This document shows, one piece after another, positions 1 through 13,547 of a DNA stretch of 64,000 nt. The first letter of the stretch is position 1. The number at the start of each line of letters is the position of its first letter. The translations under genes were made by a program, and so were the position numbers. Under the pieces are notes generated by a model. That model had not been told where the DNA came from and did not search any database. It was given only the letters and a program-made list of their open reading frames with translations. The stretch comes from Lobosporangium transversale (taxonomy: Eukaryota): the NCBI RefSeq assembly GCF_002105155.1, contig NW_019028979.1, positions 1,302,001-1,366,000 on the forward strand. Reading direction: 5' to 3'.

Positions 1-411
1 AAAAGGATAATTAAAATGAATTCATGACATGATGCACAGCTGTCAATCAATCATAAAAAGCTTGGTTCTTTTCGCTCCTTACTCACAACATCCTTTCATT
101 CTATATTTCCATTTTTCTTAATTTCTATATTTCTATATTTCTATATTTCACTTCCTTGTTCCAATCCTTGCGCAATACTGTATCACCTTATCACGTACCC
201 CATCGTCAACAACATTCAGCCATTTCAGCCATTTCAATCTTTCCAATCATTCAGAAACAGCCTAAAACTGACCCCATTTCTCTCATTCTGACGCATCTCT
301 TAAAGACAACAATACCCTGCATCGCAACACAAGATCTTATTCTTTCCTTTAACCAACCTCAAACTAGTGACTATCAAAGCCTTGCATTGTTTGTTTCTTG
401 GATATAAAATC

Positions 412-2328
412 ATGTTGAACCCAACTATCCTGGCATCGCAACATGCACAAGACCAAGAAGAAGTGCATTCGCATCTAATGCATCCCATTTCTCATCATCA
501 TCACTTGGGTACAGCTGCCAGATACACTACCGAACTAGAACAACATCATCAAAATCACTTGCAGATACAGCAGATACAACAGCTGCAACTGCAGCAGCAA
601 CAGCAACTGCGTATGCTACAACAACTACATCAACCACATCCACAACTGTTATTACAGCATCACCATAGCCTTGTCGGGCTTCATGGACAGCAGATGAACC
701 AAAATAGCCAATTTACTCAAGAGTTACTCCCTGAAACTTATCTGCAGCAACAGCAGCTACAAAACGATCAATCCGAAGATGGGCGAGGTCGTCCATCAGA
801 GACTGTTGCTGTCGAGTCGGGATTCCAGCGGAAGCGAAGTCTATCAGTTCCATTGCTCTCCATGGGTCAACAGCAACAGTCACAGCAGCAACAACAACTT
901 TCAGAACAAGAGCAGGGTCCAACAGTTGCTGCAGTGGCAAATCAACTCTCAGGACAGACAGGCAAAGACGATGATGGTGATCAGAACATGGAAGCAGATG
1001 AGGATCAAGATAACGATAATAATAGTAATAATAATAGCAATAACAATAACAGGGACAATGGTGATCACAATAGAGAATACCGCCATCATGATAGCTCCAA
1101 CACTTCCATCGAGAACGTCAATGCAAGTACAGTTGTATCAACGACAATTGTGGCACCAGAAGCTTCTTCCGTAGTGGTGTTTAACAAACTTGCAATATCA
1201 CGAGAGACTTTTCTTGCATCGTTACCGCGAACGGTTCGCCACCGCATGTACGCATCAGGCCCACAGAATTATCCGCTGTATCATCATAATAATAGGCAAA
1301 GCAACAGCAGCTATACTCTGCGCCACCATCTGCATTATAACCCTTTTACATACCGAAAGTTCCCTCCTTACCAATACTGGGGAGCTTCTGCGCAGCGTGA
1401 CTACCATTTGGCCACCATTGGTGTCAGTGTCTTCAACCGTACGAATGCACAATTGTTGTCTCATGGGACAGGGTCCACAACAGCATCAGTAGGGGCCTTG
1501 AATGATTCAGGATCAACTCGACCAGGATTAAGTCCGGGAGTAGGAGACATGGTGCTACGGTCTTCGGTTACGAATGGTGGTATAAACAAGACAATGTATC
1601 GATCAAGGCTACCCGTACATTTACGCCACATTACGTCTCGTATGAACAGACGTGCAGTGATATGCACTGATGCATACGAAAATGGCAGTGCGGGAGGAGA
1701 GAGGGAAGGGGAAAGAGGAGGAGGAGGAGGAGGAGGAGGAACGGAGGAAGAAAGTAATGTCAACAGAAACATAGCAGGAAATCAAAACAGCCAAAGAGAC
1801 CTAGGCATGGAAGATTCTGTAAATGGGATCCTATTGTCAAGTTTAAGTATCCATGAAGGCTCGCCCCAGAGCACATCGACACCTCTCTTCGCTGCATCGG
1901 TCACAGAGAACAGTGACGGGAGTGGTGATGGCTTCAATTCAAGCTCAAATCCTGTTTTATATTCATCGCAATCATTATCTTCACTGGAATCAGATCGGAG
2001 GAAACTTTCGGACTGGAAGCGGGTATCAGCACTTAGTGTGGATATGAGTGATACGCAAGACAATCATATCGAAAGAGGAGTGACTATGCGTCATCGAACA
2101 GGCGATGATCTTCTGATGGGCAGTAGACTTTCATCTGGACTGAGGTTGTCTTCAGTCAACGGCAGCTCCACCGGTTTGAAGAGCAACAGTAGCAGTGGCA
2201 AACACTGGATGAGTCAACGAAACGGGCTGGCAAATGTGTTACAATCCGCTGGGGGCACTGGAAGCAAATCAGGCGCTGCTAGCACTGTAGATCGACTAGT
2301 TGAAGAGATGAATAAGTGGTCTGTTTAG
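412..2328 (+). CDS. Hypothetical low-complexity (Q/H/N/S/G-rich) protein, single exon
   Basis: Long ORF with first ATG at 412 (MLNPTILASQ) and stop TAG at 2326-2328. It has polyQ, polyN and polyG tracts and no domain I recognise; the C-terminus is VDRLVEEMNKWSV. Confidence 0.75.
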   Translation: MLNPTILASQHAQDQEEVHSHLMHPISHHHHLGTAARYTTELEQHHQNHLQIQQIQQLQLQQQQQLRMLQQLHQPHPQLLLQHHHSLVGLHGQQMNQNSQFTQELLPETYLQQQQLQNDQSEDGRGRPSETVAVESGFQRKRSLSVPLLSMGQQQQSQQQQQLSEQEQGPTVAAVANQLSGQTGKDDDGDQNMEADEDQDNDNNSNNNSNNNNRDNGDHNREYRHHDSSNTSIENVNASTVVSTTIVAPEASSVVVFNKLAISRETFLASLPRTVRHRMYASGPQNYPLYHHNNRQSNSSYTLRHHLHYNPFTYRKFPPYQYWGASAQRDYHLATIGVSVFNRTNAQLLSHGTGSTTASVGALNDSGSTRPGLSPGVGDMVLRSSVTNGGINKTMYRSRLPVHLRHITSRMNRRAVICTDAYENGSAGGEREGERGGGGGGGGTEEESNVNRNIAGNQNSQRDLGMEDSVNGILLSSLSIHEGSPQSTSTPLFAASVTENSDGSGDGFNSSSNPVLYSSQSLSSLESDRRKLSDWKRVSALSVDMSDTQDNHIERGVTMRHRTGDDLLMGSRLSSGLRLSSVNGSSTGLKSNSSSGKHWMSQRNGLANVLQSAGGTGSKSGAASTVDRLVEEMNKWSV

Positions 2329-2489
2329 AGGCATGGTGATGTCAAGGAAAAGCTCCATCTTACACTAGCTCTCTCTTTCCTGCATTAGAGCGCTAACATC
2401 CCGTCTATATAGAGCTATTTCAATGAATGTGATAAAGGCCGATGATTGACTATTAAATGCTTTTTTTTATTTAATATTTTCCTTTTCTT

Positions 2490-3339
2490 TTACTTCTTTC
2501 CAAACTTTTGCTGCATTTGCTTCAACTTCTTTTCACTATCTGTTCTTGATGCTGCAATAGCTTTCGCAACTGCCGACATTTCTTTTGAGTTTCCATTACC
2601 ATTGGTGTTTGAGTTATTATTTTTGATAATCTTCTTTCCTTTAGCGCCTCCCTTTTGTGATTTCTTGGCAACTTTTGCACCATCAGTCTTGGCCTTCAAC
2701 TTGTTGATCTTTCTGTTCTTACGTTCCTGTTTCCGATCAATCTCTCCAGTCAATTGTGTGGTGAAATCCCTTTCTACATCGTCATCATCCTCGATATCAT
2801 CGTCGTCATCCTTATTTGATCTTGTTTTAGTGATAGCTAATGGTTTGCCATTAGCAATGGCTTCTGCTGCCGCTGCATCTTCTTCCTCTTTGACTTTCTT
2901 CCTGTGCTGGTCCACGATCTGACTCCATGATGCTCCTACGCCCAATTTGATAACTCTCTCGAGACGAAGCTTGTCCTTATCCAAAAGATCAACCTGTCCA
3001 CGGATCAAATGCAAAGGGATCTTGGTCATGATCTCAGGTACCTTAACATTGCGGAAGAAAGAAATAGAAGTGGAGAAAGAAAAGAAGAAAAAGAAAAAAG
3101 TCAGTTCTAATAAATCTTTATATAAAAACTTTAGTTCCTTAATATTTTTTTTTTTTTTCGTTTACCTCAAAGCACTTGAAGTGATACCAAAAGAACTTTG
3201 CAAACTTCTTCTTCTCCTTTTCAGATTGACGTTCCATCCGACCAACACGAAGCGATTTGTTTGGGATAACCTTGTTACATTTTTGACAGACGCTCTTCTG
3301 TGACTGAGCATATTCAACGCAGTATGTGGTAACGACCAT
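2490..3339 (-). CDS. PARP-type zinc finger (zf-PARP) protein with K-rich tail; 2 exons (3339-3166, 3041-2490)
   Basis: YCVEYAQSQKSVCQKCNKVI...LRVGR...WYHFKCF matches the zf-PARP CxxC...HxxC pattern. A GT..AG intron at 3165-3042 joins FE|VPEIMTK in frame. Confidence 0.8.
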
Positions 3340-5558
3340 TTTTGTTTTTTCTCAGTTTCTCAAGTTGAATACGCAAGCTTGGTTAAAAAACTCCCCCTTT
3401 TTTTTTGTCGTAAGTAGAAGAAGGAATAAGTAATTTAAAATGAATTAAGTAAACTGTGAAGGAATGAAAGAATGGGTGAGCAAAACCCATTCTTTCATTA
3501 AAAAAGTGTTGATGAATGTGGCTTGGCACGTCAGATTTGTTTTTTTTTCTTTTTTCATAATTCAACTCTGTGGTTTGGTCTGAGAAAAGGAACAAGATTA
3601 CACTTTACGCGTTGCATTTATTCTACCATTCTACATGGATAAAACATATGCAACATGAAAATGTATACATATAAAAATATGTCCTTATCTATCCTATCTA
3701 TATCAATATCAGAAAAAAGTGAGATTTTTTTTTAAAAAAGAGGCTATTTAGACAATGTTGCAGGAGATCCTGTTGATCTTTGGTTTTCGCATTTATTGCC
3801 ACCATTGGAAAAGAAAATTATGAAAGAATAACATAATAGAAATAAAAAGATGGTAATCCTAAGCATACTCATTGAGCGGTTCCCTCTTTCTGAGTCGGTC
3901 ATGGCTGGCTCGACCTACCTCATGTTTTTATTACTACTTTTTTTTCCCTTTGAATGCGATATGAATTAATTTTGTCTATTGAATTATCATCAAGATGTTC
4001 TTGACGGTGAGAGTTCCAGGTGTTCAAGCAAAAGAATAACCGAGGCGCACTAAAAGGCCTATGCCGTATGCCAAAGTGCAGGTAAAAATGTAAACATAAG
4101 CATAGATGTAGATATAGGACAAGATCCAGAATCGTTGAAGTTCTGAGATAAAAGCTCCGACTCTCATAGGCACCATTCAAAGCAGGTGATGTCACGGTCC
4201 AGCGCGCTCTGTTTCATTCTTTGTCTGTACCTTTGTGTTCACAAAGAAAAAGAAAAAAAAAAAAAAAAACACAGATCGTTGCAGAACTTCTCCATCGAGA
4301 GTGGATTTTCGTGCAGCCGAGTGCGAGCAGTTGCTGTAACAGCGACCCTTTCGCGTTTTGTAATGAATTTTACACAGACTCCCTGGAAGGCTTCAGCCAA
4401 AAAGGGCATTGGAAGCTGAAGAAGAAGCTGCAGTGCTTGGGAGGCACGCACGGGGAGGCATTGTGATAGAGTTGTAGGGATCATGCTTTCCAGAAGAGAG
4501 AAAGGCTAACAATAATAAAGTTTAAGGCCCTGATTGATTATAAATAAAGCAAGGTCTTCATTTCATATCTCAAACATTTGTTCTCGCCGAGCGAAGCGTT
4601 TTAGAGGTTTATCATGCTTATTACCTGTATTAAGGAGTCCTCTTCTACTTTTCTAGACCTATATTGCCTACTCCTTTCACTGAGGCCGGGGTTTACCTCC
4701 ATCCATCATTGGAACTCCTAGTAGAGGCGCAGTTTCTACTGACAGTATGATGAGTGAGGGATTCTCTATACACGTTAGAGGTTTTCCTCGTGCGAGTATA
4801 CTCTTGATTGGTTACTACAACATATCCAGTTGTATTAATAAAATGGGCCTGCTTTCGACAATAAAGCCCCTGAAAGACCATATCGTTACTGGCTTTAAGG
4901 TACTGGTAGTTAGTGTATAGAGCAATGGGCGAGGAGGCCGTGGAATACGAAAGTGGATGGTAAGGGAAATCAGAAGATAAAGAAGTAATAGGCTTTCGAA
5001 GCCGCAAAATGCGTCCACAGCTGATCGTTAATCGGAACGAATTCAAAACTGTGCAGTGGAAACCGCATGATTATGGTTCTACTCAGAACGTGCCTTTTTT
5101 TTAAAAAAAAAACACTTTGGTAGCCAGTTGGCATGGTGCAGGTACTCATGTGCTCCTGCCACGCTACATTGAATTTTAACTAGACAATACAGGATATTAG
5201 CATTCACGCGCCACAGAAGTATTTATTGATTTTTTGACAGCAATAGAACAAAACATGTCTACATCTCTGACTATGAATCTTCATATTGTAGGTACATGTG
5301 GAAAGTACACGGCCTAGTAATCTATCAATCTGTCAATCCATCCGAATATATGCTTCGGACGGCACTGTTCCCCTAGGCAGAGCGCATATCTTTGTCTGAG
5401 CGGTTGACAATAGGCTTCGGCTGTAGGCGTAGATGCTCTAGAAGCATGGATAATTGTCCGTGTCCAACGATTGCTTTTCTGAGAAGGCGGCTGGGTAATG
5501 ATCACTTCGCTCGCGTCACGCTCCGTCCTCCTTAGATATATTGGCCTCGATAAGATCA

Positions 5559-7349
5559 TCAGGATGGATGGCCTTGAGTATCCACAGGAGGAGCTTCCGT
5601 GCAAACACTGTCCTTGACACTGAGATGGCGTCGTAGACCATCAGGCCTCGAGAAGAGTTTCTTGCAATGGTGGCATTTGAAATTGCGCTCTCCTTGGTGG
5701 ACAGAGGCCTGATGACGCTGTAGGTCGTGCTTGCGGGAAAAGGCCTTGCTACAATTGCCCGCTGTACAAACAAATGGGCGGATCTGGTTGGGATCATGGG
5801 TCCGCTCATGAGTACGCAGATTGTACAGACGAGCAAAGCGGAGCTCACAGCCTGGGTGTGTGCAAGGGAAGCGCTTGGCTGCTTCACCTGCAGGCCGTGG
5901 TTTGCTCCCACCCTTGGTGGGCTTGCGAGGGCCTTTGCTGCTTCCACCGCGAGGGCCCGCCAACTCTAGGCGAACTCTCTTAAAAGTCGAAGCTGGAGCA
6001 TCATGACGGCTGCTGCAGAGGTACGACTCGGATTCAAATACGGCAGGGACTTTCCGCTTGCAGCTGGACGTGGGAAGCAAGCCCGCTGCCTGGGCAAGAT
6101 GACGTGAAGGCACATATTCATCATCGTCATCCTGCTCACTATCCGAGTCGGAGGGAGTGGCCTTTTCTTCTTCTTCGTCAATAGAGGCAGTGTCAGACAT
6201 ATTATCGAACATTGCCTTGGGATGGCTCCCTGGGGAGACTGAGCGTAAGGCTGGAGAGTAAGATGAAGAAGAAGGTGAAGCCGGAGCCGAGGAGAGAGAT
6301 GACTCTGGAGAATCTGAGGCGGCATAGAAAGATTTTTCAGATAGAGGGCTATGCCCTGCTTCATTTCCAAAATGCTGTCGCTGCAGCGCTGGAGAATCCA
6401 TAAACAGGGTAGCAGGCTCGATCGTATTACTGCTATTAAAGGATATACGAGGAGACATGGCCGGAATCTTGTAAACGAGCTCGGGAAATAAGGAGAAGGA
6501 AGCTTGGTCGCGTAGGTGACTGATTCTACTACTGCCGCAGCCATCACTCAGGCTGCAGTCCTCAAGGAAAAAAAATTGAGTCGCGTTGGTGTGATCAGGA
6601 TCGATCCCGAAATCAGCAAGGTAAGGAGTCTCGAACGGAGTGTCGAGGTACGAGGGGAAGGGTGAATCAATGTACCCTGTCGAGAAATCAACCTCGTTAT
6701 TGTCATCCGGGTTCTCATCTTCATGGTTCAGCGCGACAGCAGTGATACCTGTAACATCTGGCCCTTCCAAAAAGGCCGAATATCCATCGAAAACTAATGG
6801 TTCATCCATTCTGCTGTAGCTCTCTGGCAAGTCCATTGACGGGGTTTGTGGGGTTGGGTGAGGAGCTTGTTGGGTTTGCTGTTGATGCTGGTGGTATTGC
6901 TGACGCTGTTGCCCCTGTTGATGAGGTTGATACATGTCAGATTGCTGTTGAATAGATTGAAGAATTTGTTGCGAACTCTCCTCTTGCTGCACTTGCTGCA
7001 ACGACTTGACGAGCTCGGACGCGCCAGTAAAAAGCGGGTAATCGAAGGATGCTTCATCAGACTCAAAGAGATGGAAGTCACTGGAGATAGTATTCATGTT
7101 CTTGGTGATGTGGTTGTTGATCACACAAACGTCGTTAACATTATCCTGGGCGGCAGTGGAAGAAGGTAAAATGTCATTCTCACGCAAGAGAGGTTGGAGG
7201 AGCGCAGCCTCTGACGGGACGAGAGCACTGTGAGGGCGAGGGCGAACATTGGCAGCGAAAGAAGAGTTGATGTCAGGGATGGGACTGGCCAAAGGGGTGT
7301 TGGAAGCCGAGAAAGAGGCTGAGGTGTTCAACTGGTGTGTATGAGACAT
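5559..7349 (-). CDS. C2H2 zinc-finger transcription factor (3 C-terminal fingers)
   Basis: Fingers FPCTHPGCELRFARLYNLRTHERTH, FVCTAGNCSKAFSRKHDLQRHQASVH and FKCHHCKKLFSRPDGLRRHL follow a Q-rich/acidic N-terminal region. Confidence 0.9.
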   Translation of the reverse strand: MSHTHQLNTSASFSASNTPLASPIPDINSSFAANVRPRPHSALVPSEAALLQPLLRENDILPSSTAAQDNVNDVCVINNHITKNMNTISSDFHLFESDEASFDYPLFTGASELVKSLQQVQQEESSQQILQSIQQQSDMYQPHQQGQQRQQYHQHQQQTQQAPHPTPQTPSMDLPESYSRMDEPLVFDGYSAFLEGPDVTGITAVALNHEDENPDDNNEVDFSTGYIDSPFPSYLDTPFETPYLADFGIDPDHTNATQFFFLEDCSLSDGCGSSRISHLRDQASFSLFPELVYKIPAMSPRISFNSSNTIEPATLFMDSPALQRQHFGNEAGHSPLSEKSFYAASDSPESSLSSAPASPSSSSYSPALRSVSPGSHPKAMFDNMSDTASIDEEEEKATPSDSDSEQDDDDEYVPSRHLAQAAGLLPTSSCKRKVPAVFESESYLCSSRHDAPASTFKRVRLELAGPRGGSSKGPRKPTKGGSKPRPAGEAAKRFPCTHPGCELRFARLYNLRTHERTHDPNQIRPFVCTAGNCSKAFSRKHDLQRHQASVHQGERNFKCHHCKKLFSRPDGLRRHLSVKDSVCTEAPPVDTQGHPS

Positions 7350-9099
7350 TGTGACAGAAATCAGCGTAAGAGAAGAAAGAAGAAACAGTTGTAAAAGAAA
7401 GAAAGGGCGAGCTTTATAAGATAAATCAGGTATGGAAGTCTGAGTGGACAGGGTGAGAGCTAAATGAGCTGCAATCCAAATGAAATGAATGTGTTTCTCA
7501 AATGAGAATGAGAAGAATGAATTGCGACTAATGAAGAGCGACTGGGAGAGGAGAAGCGCAGAGGAAAGGAAGAACGATAAAGGCGATAGAGAAACGGGAA
7601 GGAGAAGTAAAAAAAAGAAAAGAAAATGGATGGTTAGTCATGATCCACGTTCTATAATACCACCAGGTGTCAAAAAGGGGAAATAAGAAGCATCCGTGCA
7701 TAGTGCATTAAAGTTGTCCTTCTCTAGAAGTATGAAAAGTATGAAAACATAAAGGGCTGAAAGGAAAAAGGATGGGTGGAGAGTCTGCTGTCTGCAAGTA
7801 AAAAAGACACGGAATGGCAGAAAAGCAGAATGATTTGAGCGCAGAACAGATATGGATTCAAACAGATGTGTCAAAGATCACTTGGGCACTACGATCAGAT
7901 GTAGCTTAACAAGTAGGATTACCTTGAAACAGGCACCCATCATCGGATGGGCCTATCCCCTCATTGGCTATCAATTGGGCACTTATCAATACGATATGCA
8001 CCATACCGCAGTCGTACTGCATGTCGGTAAGTCTGCCCCCCCCCCCGTCGAGTGTGTATTTGTTTATTTGTGTATTTTTTTTTTTTTTTTTTTTTTATAA
8101 AAGTCTTCGCCACCACTTGCGAGTGAGACTTACAAAAGCATGCACTTCCATTTGACCCGTTATTGCTATGTATCCACTGATGGTCGCCACTTCATCATTA
8201 TTGTACGCATTAATTAAAGAACTAGGGAATGGGTGTTTGCTTTTCCTTATTCAACGGAAAGCTTTTTATTATTATTTTTCTGAAAAGGAATAAAAGGGAA
8301 TATGCAAAGGGCGGTATATGAAGGGTCTATTGTTTTTCACCTTTCTAACTACAACACGGGTAGCGAACGACTTCGTCTCTACTTTATCACCTTGTTATGT
8401 TTTTTCTTTTTTTCTTTTTCAATTTTCCAAATATGTTTGTGCATGCGTGTCAATGGCCTTTCTTTTTTTTCCTTTTTCAGTCTCGTATTGAGCACAGAAA
8501 GTCAAAATGGTATCGTGTCGCTTTCGAACATGCAGACATTAAAAAAAATTACACAAACCCTTCCGAACCCTGTGCTTCCCTCCAAAAAAGTACTGCAACT
8601 GGTGTAACGAACTTCCAATATTTCTGTTACATCCAAACCCTCATGCTGTTTGCATTGTTGCTAGAGCAATGGGAAGAGTAGAATCGATTGATGTAACAGG
8701 GAGATTGCATAGCCACATTGAAAAAAATTTTCAGCCTTGACCTTTGGGACCAAGTCGTATCTGTACAGACACTTACTTTGTAAAAAAGAATTCTGTAGCG
8801 AATGTCGTCGGAAATGTGTGGATTAGAAAAAAAAAAAAAAAAAACACAAGAAAACTAAGAAGAATGAGGAGGAAGGAACCTCTTCTTGGCCTTTTTCACC
8901 AATTGTAATTGTGTTTTGCCACCATTTTTTTCCTTTTTGGATATGGTTCACTGCAGCCACAATCAAGGTTTGTAACCGTGCGTAGAAAGGAGTGACCTGC
9001 ACTGTTCATATTTAATATTTATAGGAGGCACAGCGTTTATGTGAGACCTTTTGTTTTTTTTATTCTCCTGCCCAATAACTGAGGCCCAGGGAGAAAAAT

Positions 9100-10200
9100 C
9101 CCTGATAGAAGTCATTCAATTTGTCGAAACTGTTCATGTTTTGGTTCCCACGCACTTCAAAAGAGAGAGTGCTTCTCACTGACAAGGCTTTGGTATCGGA
9201 AAGTGACGACATACTCAAAACTTATAGTATCGCTGGATCTCCAATGTAAGCTTTCATCGTTGCCAGGCATTATACTTGTATTGGTGTCTTGGTCCACGAC
9301 GAATTTCCTCAATATTCAGGTGCCCATTAACATTTCTGAAGCCAGACTCGTCCGAAAAGAAAGCTCGTTTTATAGGCGTGGATGTGTGATAAAAGACTTA
9401 TACTCGAACAATAGAGAATCATGCTCGATCAGGCAAACTACAAACCCCTTACATGAAGTAGTACGGCGATGTCGCATCAAATAAAATAAATTATTAAAAA
9501 TAAAAAACAAAACCTTTGATTCAAGAGAAGTAAAGTGATGTAAACCCACTACATCTGGTACAGCGACCAGAATAGAAAGGGGTCATTTACTTCCAATACC
9601 ATCACCCATATCGAATGTACCCAGCGATATTTAAAGACGTAAAAAAATATATACCGGGAAATGCCCTCAAATCGTAAACACCTGCAAAACCAATGGCACA
9701 AGCCAAGAGAAACTAGAAGCTGGATAATGTGATCAGGATATGCCTCATGTAGGAATGAACACTATAAGACTGCAATCCTACACAACCATACTCCGAGTAG
9801 ATATTGATCCTGGGAGCCATCAGTTAGAATCCAATGCTTTCATAAGGCATTTTCTGTTTTCATAAGGATCATCATGGCATTTGAAATACATTTAGGCGTA
9901 ACTTAGCTCTAGAGGCCAACACACTGGAGCCATGGGCAAGCAGCACACTCAGACCGGGGTGCGGCAGTCAGGCTATGGAGGAATAAACTACCACTAAGCC
10001 CAAGAACCATGAGAAAGCAAATGTAATGTGCATCTTCGAGAATATGCAATATTCTGACTCCATTCAGGGTTTCCAACCAGATCAAAATGAAGAAATATGG
10101 GCCAAAAGGCGCACGATAGCAGAACTTATAGGCATGATAGCACTGCCAGGCATCGTTAGAGCCAAGCTCATGGTAGATAGCTTCAACAACACTGGGAAGG
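9100..10200 (-). pseudogene. Highly degraded pseudogene, possibly ferric reductase (FRE)-like
   Basis: Minus-strand fragments in shifting frames with many stops: GSSVLASRA, ILTDGSQ...WLCRIAVL*CSFLH, FYVFKYRWVH...FLFW, LSFEVRG. They fall in the order expected for ferric-reductase TM and FAD-binding motifs. Confidence 0.3.
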
Positions 10201-12278
10201 TTCGACTACGTTGACAGTAGGAGCCCGAGATGTCTAGTCAGCTGAGGGCTCGCTGCCGGGGTTAATGTAAGATAGATTAGAAGGTGGAGGATTAAGACAT
10301 TGCTGTGGGTCCCGAAGTCGTGGATACAATATGGCTCTGTTTTATATGGATCAGGCGAACACAAGATAGCTAATTAGAATGAAGTATAAAGAGAAGTAAA
10401 GGAATTGCCTTGAGAGAAGAAAAAGTCCCTTTATTTCTATGCTTTAAAAAGTGCCCGTCTGCCGCGGAGGCGCGGTATTGTACCACCAATCATTCGTTGC
10501 CATATATCATCGATATCACTCTCACAAGTGGGCACCAACAATAAGCTAAAGTGTAACTGCGCCGCAAATTTCAGTCCAGACTCCCATGTTCAAACAAGTA
10601 ATGCCTCAGACATCAAAAACCCTATTGTTAAACAACTAACTAGACCTTTCGGCATTCTCGGGCCGTGCGTGCTCGCAATTGGTCATCACAAAGGAATGGA
10701 CTACGCTACTAACTACATCTCATTGACTCTGAGGCAAGCAAAAAGCAAAATCTTGTGCCACATTATTTATTGAATGATCTTTCGTGGTGCTGCTGCCATT
10801 CTTCTTCTTACATTTGAAACAGGCTCGAGGGCTGTGGCATCGTGGATGGATGAATAGGTTTAATAAGTCAGCCTTGATTGCGATCCCAACCCAAAAAGCC
10901 TATAGTGGTCGTAAAGGCCTTGTAATAGCGTAGGTGATATTACTTCATGCCTGTGAATCAGTCTTCAGTTATGCTTGGTCTAATACTTTTGCAATCCAAA
11001 ACCTGTCTGGCTACGAAAAATTTAGCTCGACTAAAAAAAAGATGTTTACGAGTTACTTCTTAGTTGTTTTTTTTATTTTGGCGTCAGACTAAGCTGCTGG
11101 GTGCATTCGATCTCTTCTAATGTCTACCTTCCTGTTGAATGGGTTGTTTGACTAAATTGGCCTTTTGAATAGTCTGAACGAGGTGCGGATTTATCTAAAA
11201 ATTTAGTTTGCTCTCTGTTCTCTTCGCAATGCCGTGCCTCCACAGACCCTCGCTTTTTATTAAGAAAGACTCGCACTCATTCGCCAAATGTGTACTCCTC
11301 AAAATAATCTTGTCCCAACATAGACTCTCTCTCCCCCTTGCTCTCTGGCATACTAAATCATAGAAGGGTAGTTGTGGGTTGACTGAATATTTCCGGCGTT
11401 GGGCCCGTCCTGAATCCTAATAATTGTACTAATTTAGACACAAAAGCACCTTATCCTAATGGGATATTTTCTTATGAGTACCTGGCTCATACGTCAATTG
11501 CAGTTTGAACATGGCCTTAGTTTTTTGTGTTTTTTTTTTTTTTTTTTTTTTTTTTTTTGGTGTTGACGAAAAAGAAAGAAGAAAGGTTAAAATAAGAAGC
11601 TGCTCTTCTAGACAAAGGAGCAAAAGGATCATCATATTGCATTAGTCTAGGACGATGATGCCCTCATGAACCACAGAAAAAACCGAGAACCGCTCCACAA
11701 GTAATAAAGGCACTACAAGTGATTCACTGAGGGAAAGTTGACTAACAGGATTTGCCATATATTTTATACTAATGAAGAAGAAAAGCTGTGTGGACTGTCG
11801 AAAGAGCTGTTTTTGCGGATCCATTGCAGCTCACCACAACTTCTGTTATTTGTTACTTTAAAACTCTTCTTGGCTGGGAGTGGAGGACAATTCAAAATCT
11901 GCCTTACGCGTCTTGTTCACGTGGCATGACCTCTGTCGAAATACAGAAATGTTGATCCATGCGCGTCGTACTTGCACAGAGCCAAAGACGCGCCTCTATT
12001 TCACTCTCAACCAATAAAGCCCCAGGTTTTGACACGAAAAAAAAATAGGGGTCTTAAGAGGCATGTAATATTTTAAATCATTGCTGCAGGGCTCTGCTAT
12101 CAATAGTTTGTCTTGAGTATTTTTTCGGAGTTTGTTATTCGGGCAGCTGTAAAATCGGAACCAAGCCACTTACTCCGCCCTTCTCTCGGTGTGTTTGTCC
12201 GATTGTGACATCAATCCATTAATCCGTCCACTTGGATCACATCTTCCTCTCTATCTCCATTAACTCCATTTCGTCACC

Positions 12279-13222
12279 ATGTCTGGCATCACTCTTGTCA
12301 ACCAGGTTAAGGCCTCCAAGTTCCTCTCAGGGCTTCTTCAACCCGTCGCCAATGCCTTTGTCAACGCTGCCGGCTATCGTCAGCTCGGTATGTTTTTCTA
12401 TCTTCCTTTATGATCTTGCACAATCACGATTATTTCCGACCACATCCATTTATTTCTTAAATGGGCCATATACGATAACTATGCGACAGAAAAAAAAAAA
12501 GACTCGCTTTCTACTTCATGTAGAATGTAATATGAACAACCCCGGGATGTCCTTTTTCACTTGGAGAGCAAATGAATGCTGTGTTGTTACTTCTCCGGAA
12601 GACGGATATTGTAGAACAGCATGAAAATCCGCGTTTGTAAAAGCTTGCAGAAGAAAAAAAAAAAAAAAAAAAAAAAAAAAGCCATCAGGAACTTTTACCT
12701 AATTACGACTAGACTACAGGACATACACATACGCCTTGTAATCAACGTCTCGACCTCTAGTATTTTTCACTGAGAACCTAATTATTGCACGGAAGAACAA
12801 TAGACAGGAGCATTTCAGGATGTAACCGTCATTTAGACAATTGCCACTTTTTTTATTTTTACTTTATCTCCATGAAAAGCACAGTCATATTCGTTTTCTT
12901 GCTATTTTTCTTACCAATTGCCTTTTTTATCATTATTATTTTTATTCACTGTTCTTCAGGTATGCGTTACGATGACATCCTCCGCGAGGAAACTGACATT
13001 ATCCGCGAGGCTATTCACCGTTTGCCCGAGGAAGAGAACTATGCACGCGTATTCCGTATGAAGACTGCTTTCCAGTACTCTTTGTCCCACACCGTAGCCA
13101 CCAAGGAGAATACTCTCAAAGCTGAGGATGATATCAGATACCTCACCCCCATCATTGACGAGGTTGCTGCCGAATATGCTGAGAGGGAGGACTTCAACAA
13201 CATCAAGTCATTCTCCAAGTAA
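12279..13222 (+). CDS. QCR7: Cytochrome b-c1 complex subunit 7; 2 exons (12279-12387, 12960-13222)
   Basis: MSGITLVNQVKASKFLSGLLQPVANAFVNAAGYRQL|GMRYDDILREE...AIHRLPEEENYARVFRMKTAFQYSLSH...YLTPIIDEV is a typical QCR7. The intron is GT..AG at 12388-12959. Confidence 0.95.
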
Positions 13223-13547
13223 AAATAAACATGCAAAAAAGGTGGAATATTAAAAGAAAGCTGATGATTCATAAAAACCTTCAGTTTAGTTTGGAAGGAG
13301 TAGATACTCTTATGGCAATAAATGATTAAAATATATAAAAGACGAATATGTCCTCAATATCATTGTTAAGCACTACAGACTGAAAGGACCATGTAATAGA
13401 ATACCATATAAATCGGTTCATGTGACGCAGAAAACGAACTAATACTCCGCAGCAAACATAGTTTTTTTTTTTCTCTTTCTTTCTTCAACACCACCAAGCT
13501 CTACCATCTATAAACCGCCATCAATATCGTCGCCAACAAGAAACCCA

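Noticed and set aside
2446..3303. Antisense and homopolymer-derived ORFs here and throughout (poly-F/poly-K ORFs)
   Set aside because: They are shadows of real genes or artefacts of poly-A/T tracts.
3900..5100. Coding-like GC-richer sequence with short ORFs
   Set aside because: No consistent frame or recognisable domain; at most an unassignable relic.
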